Source: Catajapyx aquilonaris
Taxonomy: Eukaryota
DNA: 59,439 bases
Reading direction: 5' to 3'
Assembly (NCBI GenBank): GCA_000934665.2
Contig: KZ538604.1
Location: forward strand, 1 to 59,439
How positions within the stretch are numbered: position 1 is the first letter of the stretch; each line of letters begins with the position of its first letter. The position numbers and the translations under genes are program-made. The notes beneath the pieces were generated by a model, which saw only the letters and a list, made by a program, of their open reading frames with translations, was not told the DNA's origin and ran no database searches. Shown one piece after another: positions 49,501-59,439 of the stretch.

Positions 49501-51399
49501 TGAGATGTTTTAAGGACATAAATGGTACAGTGTGTTCCAACAGAAATGTCTAGTGGTTAGCAATCTTTGGCATTAAAATTAGAGGGGACGTCCTTGGCGG
49601 GGTTGATGAGGTGCAAGGGTGGTGCCATACACGTCGGCGTGGCCAGGGCGTCCGGAGTAGTGGCTGGTGGCAAGGGGGCTTGATTTGGTGAAGTACCATA
49701 TTGCATAGTGTAATATTTAAATTTAATGTTCAGTGTTTGTCATCTGAGATGGGCAGGGGTGGGGGGTGGGACGGGTTGTTTATAGGTTTATTTTCACAAG
49801 TTTTAATTTAGTTCATATGTTGGGTTAGCTTGCATCTCCCTTCATCGCTGACTATACCCCTCATAGGGAAATGTCGTGATGTTGTTGATGATGATGATGA
49901 TAATTAAGCTTTACTTTCGAACAGATATTTCTGGTAGTTATCAAGAATTATTACTAGTGTTTAGTATTAGGTTGAGCAGAAGTATTCAGGACCTGAATTT
50001 CTGCAAAGAATTTGACTAATTATTGAGATAATATTAGTGTACTGGTCTATATCTAATATTTTGATAACTGCTAGAGGTACTGTTCCAGAGCAATTACTTG
50101 ATATAAGCAGCTTATTGCCAAAAATTTCTAACCACTATAGACATTTCAGTTGGAACAAAAACAAACCCAAAAGTGATGCAGACCTGATTATTTTCTTCAG
50201 CACTCTAGGATGATATGAAGAGCAGAAGAGGTGCAAATGTCACCTCAACTAATATGAGGACTTGATAATATTGCTTATTGCCAACCCTGAGACTCATCAC
50301 CCTTGAATTTGAGTTGACTGGGGGTCCAGGCAGACCTCAGGTCTGTAACCTCAGTATTTTGGATCATATACACTGACTTCATAACATAGCATTGCACATT
50401 ATGTTTATGATATGACAGTCAACTTTAGCTATTTAGCTCCTCCAGTAAACCAAACCCAAGTGGGCACTTACTCTGGTATGCCAGTGTACATTATGAGTAT
50501 ACACAAGTATGCCAGGTATGCAGTATAATAATGTTTTAAAAATTAAGATTTCAGTTACCATTGATTCCATTAGTAAGCAAGTGACAATAATGACAACAAT
50601 AAAGGTGATATCAGTCCAAACTGGAACAGACATAAATATTCTGGTATGAAGGTGTTCACCTAGATCTCAGCTGTCTACAGGCAACATTTCTGGCTGGAAA
50701 ATATCTTGAAAGGTTTGCTATTCATTCTTGTCAGTAATGACAGTATATAGTAATCCCTTGACCAAACAATATTTTTATGCCATCAATGCCCAAGTTATTT
50801 TGCCAGCACTAATGATGTAATTCAATATTATCATGCTCCTCTCACTATAGTGACCTAGACAGGCACCTAGACAATACTTGTGCAACATCAGACTGGAAAG
50901 ATGGTCTGATGACAATTGCCCGACCATGACCTGACATTTATTATATGATGTGCATAGAGGGCATGCAAATAATGTTCTGCAAAAAACTAGTAAGAAGTGT
51001 ATTCCCCTTCCGCCATATGTCAGGAGGCCATTGTGTTCCCTTGTCCACCGATAGATGCCGGGCGCGTGGCTAAGATGGCAGCAAAAATCCTTGATCAGTG
51101 CAGCAGTAGGGGGCGTACTGGTGGGAGGGGTATATGGCAGCCAGTCGAGGCGGGGAAGGTAGTGGTGGGGGCTCCTAGGCCAAGATGGCGTCCGGCCTGA
51201 TCCCATTCCAGCGCTGCGACCCACCTGCAGCCGACCCCTCCAATCCTCTCCAGAGCCCCCGGGCGCTCGGGGCAGCCAACAACATCTGAGGGAGCCCGGG
51301 CCCGGACCCTCCCCACCNNNNNNNNNNNNNNCCCCCCCCCCCCCCCCATTCCCCCCCACCGCCATCCTTCCCACCCCCACCCCCTCTCCGGTCGGGGCC

Positions 51400-52950
51400 A
51401 CATTATTGTCAGTGTCATAGAAATCGAACGAAAACAACAGTCTCCAGTGCGGGAGGGGATTTCGGATTTCCTTGTAATTATCGGTAATTTGCGTAATTGT
51501 ACCCCTCTGCATTTTCCAAATTTACCAGTGGCCTTTGAAGAAACGGATTGAGAACCAGTGAAACAGTGAAGGATGGGCAATACCATAGGAGAAGACTGTG
51601 CTTGCATGTAGAGAGGTTGGTTCGTTTTTACTACTTGGTTCAGTTCGTTGGTGGCTGACAGGGGATGGCATTTATAGTTTTTTTTCAGGTCCTATGGATA
51701 GGAGGTACTGATTAATGTTGTCTGGTACATCACAGCTGTTTGGGGGAGGGGTCACTGAACAAATTGCAGTGGTGCATTGCTGCTGCAGTGGGATGCATTG
51801 GGGGGAGATGTGCAGCAACATTTTTAGGTTATGCACATGGTTTTGGAATGGGGTTGTTCACATAGACTGTGAACTAATGGTAGCAATTTGTCAGGTGACA
51901 GCGGAGGCAGGGAGTGCAATTTTTTTTATTTGCGTAGGGAATGTTCCCAAAACCCTGAAGCTAGAAAGGATGAGTTACTGTCAGCAAGTTGAATGTGCGG
52001 AACCATTTGAAGAATCTCGCAGTATTGTTCGAGGCAAAGATTTAATGCTGTTTGAAGTAGTCTTGTGGTGTTTGCGATGCACATAGAATTCTAATGTGGC
52101 CATGTATGCTTATTCAATAGCGAGATTGGTGTCATGTTTGGAAGTCATTTTTGGGAATGCGCCAAATTAGGCTAATGTATAGGCTAACCCAGTGCATGAA
52201 GGGCATTCTATAGAGAACAGGATGCAAGCATAATTTTTATTTGTTGCAAAAGGTGATTTCAGTTATGCTGCCGCCTAATTGGCATATTTATGGATGAAGC
52301 TAAAATGGTTGCAGTCCATGGGCACTAGTAAATATGAAACACGTTGACTCATAGCCACAGCATCAGCCGGCCTTGTCATCAGGCAACTCAGTAAGGAAAC
52401 CAGAAAGTAAAATGAGAGCTTATCATTTTAATGCAACTGGTTAGCAGCCATTGTCTGTGTGGATATCATGTTGTGTTATATAGTGTTGTCAGTGACCAGA
52501 CCTTGATCTTTTGCACAGATTTGAGACTTGGGAACAGAATATATTATGTGGACTATTCCAAAGTGGGGTGGAAGGTACTGAAAATGGATCTCCATAAAAG
52601 GCCTTATTTCCATGCAGCAAGATATAGTGTAAATAGGTCACGTCCGAAGCATTGTATTATTGTTTAGTAAGTCGATGCACTTGTGTGAGTACTTGCTATT
52701 GCTGAGGAACGATGAACTCTCACGAACTATCCTTATTGTCAGATACTTATTGTATTTGTTGAATATGCATTCTATCTGTAGAACATAATGGTAAGCATAT
52801 TGTTATTAATATTATGCCTTTGACCTTGTGCCAATTTACTTGCGCAAATACAGTAAATATTGGAAACAAGTAGGTCTTGGCAGAATGCAAACAGGAAATA
52901 GGAGCACTACATGAGTTTTTAACAACCTGAATATGTTCAGCCACATTTCA
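51400..52950 (-). mobile_element. Decayed L2/CR1-type LINE ORF2 fragments
   Basis: Frameshifted remnants LQQIKNYAC, ALG*PIH and SFLASGFW-NTFPTQIKKLHSL resemble the ORF2 C-terminus. PDNINQYLLSIG..SPVSH.ELNQVVK resembles the pre-RT region. Confidence 0.5.
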
Positions 52951-53339
52951 TAAATATTTTATTATGCTTATAAACTATGTTGTGCTATATAGATTGCTGA
53001 TTTTGCAATGATTAAAAGTATTGCAAATAGTTCAATACCAGTTAATAATGCCATAATCTGAGGCGGAGTTATGGATTACACTTGAATGTTATTTACATAA
53101 CAGTAATCCAGCTAATAATACTACTCAGTTGTAAACATACTTGATCTTATCAGGAGCATGTGCTAATTTTTCCAGCTGTCTGCAACATCAGACTGATGAC
53201 TGACAAAATCATTGCACAATGATTCATGGCTGTACACATGTTATGATCGTGTTATTACATCACAAATGTTGCGGAAATTTTTGCAAGAATCTTCTAGTGA
53301 GAAATATGGTTGCAATAGGACTGAAGATATTGACTGCAG

Positions 53340-56300
53340 CTGTCAGGTTAATGAATGCATAAACCGTGTTGCAATAGTCTGGGGGGCAAAGAGCGTACAG
53401 AATGTAAAAATAACTTGCGCTATGACGCTAAGTCCGAAAAGATCGTCTATTGTGGCTGCTCTGGCACCAGTGCTATCGTATCGGTGCATAGTCTTTTTGT
53501 GGCCTCTGACGCTTCTAGATAGGATCGCCAAAAATTTGGTACACATGTTATTCACAGCTGATGTAGATAATACATCCCCACTGCCCCTACATTGTATAAC
53601 AAGATGTCCTTTGGCTAGTGTTAAGACCCCCCCCGGTGGCATACCATGTGTATGTGAACGTACCCTTTGTCACTGAACCAAGTTCCCCATAAGATATGTT
53701 TATTTACGTTCGACTCTAGCGTAAGGAACGAATCGTTGACCTTTACTGATAAAAAGGTGCCGGAAATAGTTGCACGGCTCTAGACTGCTTGATAAACTCT
53801 TAGCCAGCTCATAATCCCGGAAGAATGAGATGGGATATTATACATAGTGGGCGTGCACATTTTTGAACGAATAGAAGCGAGGCTAGAGCGCAAGGCTATC
53901 TATCGATTGACCTCGACCTCCACGTCACAGAATGGCCGCCCCCATCCTCCAAAAAGCTAGCAGGGAAGGTGCAGTAGTACAGTAGTCTATCATATGCATA
54001 GGGCCCCCCTCGTTTTCCTGTCCACAAGTCGGACAAGTGACCGAATTCAGGGTCATTCATTGTGCTCAGTTTCGAGTTACACGCCGAAATGAATGTGACT
54101 CGATATAGGCTCACACCAGTTCAAGGTTTAAATATAGAATGTGTACACATTACCTGATTCACACCGACAAGGCGGACCCAGTGAGTAACTATTCGGACTA
54201 TTCGGAATTGTTTCGGATACAGATGGACACCTTTAAAATATTCTATTCCTGCCCCATCGTACCTATAACCCCGACTATTTTATTTTTAACTGCTGGAGGA
54301 TATTTTCACAGAGGCTGAGTCTCGCTCTTTGGGATCCAAGGCTGTCTTTCTGCAAGAGGCCGTTCCCCATGTCAAATCGAAACTATTGAACACCGTAGGC
54401 TGCTGCACTGCTAGCCGGGGGAATTTTTGAAACGCGCGAGAGAGAGAAAAAAGTTGCGTCGACTCACGGTCGCAAATGTCACTTTATATGGAGCTTTACG
54501 GCTTTTATGTGCTCCTTGCTGTTTATACAATTCGTTGAAAGCTACGCGAGTAGGCGCCTCAGATCTGCATCACAATGCAAAAAAGGGGTCCTCCGGGACC
54601 CAAAAGACAAGGAAGGGAAGGAACAGACTTCTTTGAGACTCCCCTCCTTTTTTATGTATGTTTCGGACGAAGCTTCTTGCATGCAAATATGGGGGAGGGA
54701 AGTAAATGGTGTTGGCCAGACGCATAAAAGCTCGTCATTGATTGCGCAGACAATTTTTTGTGGGGTTGTTATTTAGTGGGTGGAACTGACGAAGTATATG
54801 GAGACAGTTTCAAAATGGGATAGGCGCCCATTTTTATTTAGTCCGAAAATGTTCCAATTGCTAATGGTTTTTCCCATGGCTCAGGTAGGAAACCATAAAT
54901 TCCCACTTCCACATGATCAAAGGTCAGGAGATTGAAGTGTTTGCACGCCTTGCAATGGGAGGATATTAGGAAGTCGCAATAATTTATGAAGGGGTGCCCG
55001 CGCATGCAAGTGGGGGGCTTCTGTGAAAAGGACCCCATGCCCACCCATCCCCACTCCTTTTGTTTACTGCAATTGATGTCGGGGTCGTAATGGCCAATTG
55101 GTGCCCATGTGACCCCCGCATTATGGTTTGGCCCTATTAGGGGCATCCTTTCAATTTCATTAAAAGTTGTTCAAGGGGAATGAAACCGTCACAAAGACTG
55201 CTGGGCGGAAATGATCGGAGTATATCATTCGGAAGTCGGAAACTGCAATTTCCTATAGGTAATATGCAGCTGCGGTCAGCTCATCTGTGACCTCGTGGAG
55301 TTGGGGCGGAATTCACGTGGATTTCTTTCGGACCTGGCGCAGGCGCTGACCATGTCTAGATTCGAAATGAACTGATATCAGTATATGAATCTGCCAGAGG
55401 TGTTGCAAGTGATTCCTGCCCTTTGTCCAGCCACGTATATGGCACACAAAAGGAATGCGAGGAGAGACCTGCGGCGTGTGAATTATTTTGTGCCAATTTT
55501 TGTTGGCGCCCTTGTAGCCTATGGGTAGTGTCGGCAGTTCCCGACTCACTTTCCAAGTAATATTATTAGAAACGGTGGCGTTATTTTCGGCCATGCCTGT
55601 GGGAAAATGTGGGAAGCACTTGAGATCTCTCGTCAATGTGCAGGTAAACCGCCAGGGTGCCTCTTGACAGCACGGTTCATTCGCACGTGTGCTCTTCAAA
55701 AAGAAATCACCATGTCGGTACGTGACCGACGAACGTGACTGGAACAGCTTCACTTGAACACTTTTTTCACCACTACCGCCAGTGTAATCGGACTGAAATA
55801 GGCTCAGTTTTGTACCGTTGTGAGACTTAGCCGATCACGAAATGCGGCGAGGTAAAATTGGCGTCTTGTTGTTACAAAGGTGACGTGCCATAAGCACGTC
55901 GGCATGCGCATTATATACTGTACGTAGATCCAAGGAGCGAAGTTTCTTTTAGCTATATTAGGTATTTGCGTAGTCTACTATCGCGGCTGAAACGATGGAA
56001 ACGATTCATGTTGCAAGGCCCTACGAATTCCCTGGAAAACCGGTGATGTCTGTGCTCCAACACTAATATACTGTGACGGACTTCATTGGTGTTGACAACC
56101 GATGCTCTATTCGCGTTGGCGAGAACTCATTGGAGCCTTGTAACACTGATCGTCTCCATCACTTTGATAGCGATACGATCAATTATTACAGAAATTGCAA
56201 GGTAAGGAGTGTGAGATTGAATTATTGTGTTTGTGTCGTTTCTATCGGGCTTCTAAAATACTGTTAGGAACATAATTCTTTGTTACAGTGTAGATTATTG

Positions 56301-58094
56301 GGGACAAAAGTAGAATATGATACCAGCAATATTGCCATGTAATCTATTCCAACACCTCATTACCTCTTTCCAGCACCCAGCCCCCGCACCAATCCTTCTA
56401 CCCACGCACATCGCCCACGACCGCAACACACCCAACACCTATATGAACTTGAAGTTGCACGTCAAAGTGTTGTCCGTGTGAACTTGTAGCACATAATGCC
56501 GAGACGGAGGGATGGATTTCTACCCTCGAGGTAACCAAGTATTACATACACACGAGGATAGTGTTTGAGCGGAAATGGTAACCTACATGAATCTAGCCTC
56601 AAACATGTCTTCACAGTAAATTTATAGTAAAACTATTTTAGTGGAACACTCATTACCGAGGTTATGGACTGCAAAAGGACAAACGTCCGCATGGAATGTG
56701 GCTGTGTACGCACACATGAAGAACTCGTGCATTTTATCACCCTTGTGCCGTGATGCGTCAGAACAAATTAAGAGTGGCCCACGCCGGGGTGTTTCACACG
56801 CGAACAAGTATCAACACGCCATCATTACCGTGCTACCACTTTTTTTTGGTTAGTCCCAAGATTTTCATGCTGCTTCTGAGCAATATGATGGAGTAATGAA
56901 AAGGCGATTTATCAAGGGCTGGTGTCAGTGGGCCCGAATGATGTGGGCCAGACGCAAGAGCATTAAGGTTTCATGAGGCAAAGGAGTCGGGATCCGGAGA
57001 GTATTTTTTACCATTTTTTCACGACCCTAGGATCATCTCTGTAATGCCCCCAATCTCAGAAGTTCAAGGCGGGGAAACGCGAGGGAACATTTTTTTTGGG
57101 AGCCAGGTATACCTCAGTGTCGATGCCGACGCACCAATTGCGGCCAATTTTGATGCTGCTATTAGGTGTTATGCAGGCGTTTTGATTTGGTGCGACAAAC
57201 TTGGTCGCATGAATTTCTGGCCAATGGGAGCGTTTCTTGTCGCGTGTCTTTTCCCTGGCTATCAAAAGGTTCATGTGCTGGTAGAGGCCTCTTGCAGCCG
57301 GAACGATTTGCTTTACTCCCATAGTCGTAGGGGCTTAGCCTGTAGATCCCGGTGTTTGCTCTGGGATTACATGGTCCACCTAAACTTGCTGCCAACGATT
57401 AATACGCAGCTGCCAATCTGCCTCAAAAAGCGATGCAATTTTTTTTAAACGTGTGCATACATAAAAAGGATCAACTGCCCATTGGGAACCGCTGTAAACA
57501 CAACAGCGCAGGGGTTGTGAGGATAATTTAGTTCCAATTCGCGACTCTGTATTGACGCTGCATGTTATTGGATTGTGCACACAGTGATGCGCTGTCGCTA
57601 GATCATTCAATCAAACTTGAAATGTAGGGCGATGCTTACACATTGTCTGCTGTTGGCTCCCCTTGTGTAACACTTGACCTGACTGCAACTCTCAACTTGA
57701 TGGGAGTGACGCGGTGTGAATTATCGGGAATCGGGTGCCGGAGGGGGGGTGTCGAAATGAATTGGTAGCCACTAGCGGGGGGAAAAAGCGGTGATATCAC
57801 GAGTGGTAAAGTAGCGTCCGGATCCGTCCCGGAGAGAAGGCCGTCAGGTGATGGCAGCACTTGTATTGATCCGGCATTTTGAAAAGGGCGGAGAGACAGA
57901 GTTGGGGAGAGAAAATGTCCGGAGATGGATGGACCAACCACCCCCCTCCCCCCCACGGATGGATTATCATCACCCATCATTACCACTTGCTGCGGCGTTT
58001 GTTTTAATGGGGGACGCAGGGCTGCCTGACTATAAAAGAAAGAAGGGATGCTAGGAGTCGTCAAGGAGAGGAAATTGGTTTGTCTCCCGGCCAT
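53340..58094 (-). other. Decayed coding-like block, possibly RNA-virus polymerase-derived
   Basis: GC-balanced, intronless and ORF-dense with no TIRs. Weak echoes only: KKRSHWPEI, LF..VTYRHGDFFLKS, LQGRQQKL, PSSL..FIPLEQLLMK, MHRYDS, VMMGDDN. Confidence 0.25.
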
Positions 58095-58764
58095 GGCTTA
58101 GTTCCCCATTAAGAAGGTTTTTGAAAGGCTTCTGTTGGTAGGTTAGTTGCCTGTCTCAGTGGATCGATTTTGTTTCGTATGCACATTTCGCCGAATTGTA
58201 CTGTATAGTAGCAAAATTCTTTGGGGGAAGAAAGAGCTTGGCTTCCTGTGATTTAAGCATATAAAAATTAAGCAGGCTTTTCGGATGAGGTTGTGAATCC
58301 TTAGGAAAAGAGGGTTTTTTAAAACTGGAAATCAGCATGTAACAGATTAAGGCGAATGAAAGGCTCTTTTTCTTCAGGGTAACATAATCGTTGCATTGGG
58401 TATTTATGGTGTATTATTACTTCCGGTAAACTGACAATAAGTCATGTTCCTGATGTCGTAGAATTAAAGATAAGTTACGGATGTTGTATGAACTTCTGCC
58501 AGATAGCTTACTTATAGTATATGCTGATGATCCAGCCAGTGCTCTCACCCAAGTGAGGTATAGTGTCACACGTAGACCATTATTTTGTTGTGCCTTGATA
58601 ACCTTGCTGAAATGGAGGAAGGGGGAAGCATCATAATGGAGGGCACTCCAGGGTAGTTTTCGAGTCATTTCGGACCCTTCGGACCTATTCTCTTGACCCT
58701 GGGCAGTGGGCAGAGAGGGGATTGCAAATGTGCAGCAAAGCGGAAAAAGACTTGACTCAAGCTA

Positions 58765-58830
58765 ATGTGACAGGGACGGGATTTGAACCCCGGATCATCC
58801 GCTTGGCAGGCCAGTGCTGTCTCTCATACC
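58765..58830 (-). mobile_element. Decayed tRNA-derived SINE head
   Basis: Minus-strand B box GGGTTCAAATCCCG, without a complete cloverleaf. Confidence 0.35.
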
Positions 58831-59139
58831 TTGCAATTATAAGCCCGGATTTGCCACTTGTTGTTTGACCTCTGCCAAGGCATTCAGTAAATCGGTATCA
58901 TGATTTTGAATTCTGTATTAAGGATATAGTATTAATTATATCAAAAACTTTCCCTTCAGTAAAAAAAAGAGAAGTAAGACCTCCGCGGCGGAATGAAAAT
59001 ACTGAAACAAGGCAGGCGCACGTAAGACCTTCACCAATTGATTTAAGCTGTACCATAGGTCTTACTCAAGCAATTTCCAATTCACTGCTCATGAAGTCTC
59101 CTTTCTGAAACAAATCTTTGGAATTTCTGTCGTACTACT

Positions 59140-59200
59140 AGTTACTTCTAACTTAGCAGTACCAGTGTAGTGCAATGGTACTGCTAAGTTAGCAGTATCT
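59140..59200. other. Isolated ~60-nt hairpin
   Basis: Perfect 17-bp stem CTAACTTAGCAGTACCA / TGGTACTGCTAAGTTAG with an 11-nt loop, extended by AGTTACT/AGTATCT. Confidence 0.7.
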
Positions 59201-59439
59201 CAGCTCTTATTGGCAGTATTAGTTTTCCATGAGCCACTCCATATTAGTGTTTTATGAAATTAGGAACTTCAATATTAAGGACATTGAATTTCTATGCGAT
59301 TAGTGCGAATTATTGCCATGAAACATTCATGCAGAATCGGCGCACCCCTTTTAGATGCTGATTTTAACTCTAACGTTTAATTTTTCACATATAAACGTTA
59401 ATTGGTGAATTTTAGAGGGTCTTTTTCGATTGGACCAAG

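Noticed and set aside
50775..51607. Long Gly/Pro-rich ORFs (245 and 170 aa)
   Set aside because: Due to the GC-rich island and gap; low complexity with no domain.
54980..55005. GHPFINY as the L-protein GHP motif
   Set aside because: Out of order relative to the other putative L motifs, so not counted as evidence.

Overview
Eukaryotic (invertebrate, probably arthropod) genomic DNA with spliced genes and many non-autonomous transposons. The gene-rich part (1-41 kb) holds, in order: a degenerate CENP-L-like sequence (-), an uncharacterised ~219-aa gene (-), a secreted mucin-like protein with two tandem SOUL/HBP domains (+), a stum/SPEC3-family membrane protein preceded in the same exon by a 59-aa transmembrane uORF (-), galactose mutarotase GALM (-) and, head-to-head with it, GDP-D-glucose phosphorylase GDPGP1 (+). 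Introns carry MITEs of several superfamilies (Tc1/mariner-pogo, hAT, piggyBac, Sola-like), plus tRNA-derived SINEs. I could build no intact gene from 41.3 kb to the end. That part holds decayed coding-like blocks whose recognisable pieces all lie on the minus strand: a frameshifted orthomyxovirus-nucleoprotein-like segment, LINE fragments and weak RNA-virus polymerase echoes. It is a candidate endogenous viral element (EVE) locus or unistrand piRNA source. Gene models were spliced by eye. Family assignments for the CENP-L and viral remnants rest on remembered motif similarity and need profile searches.
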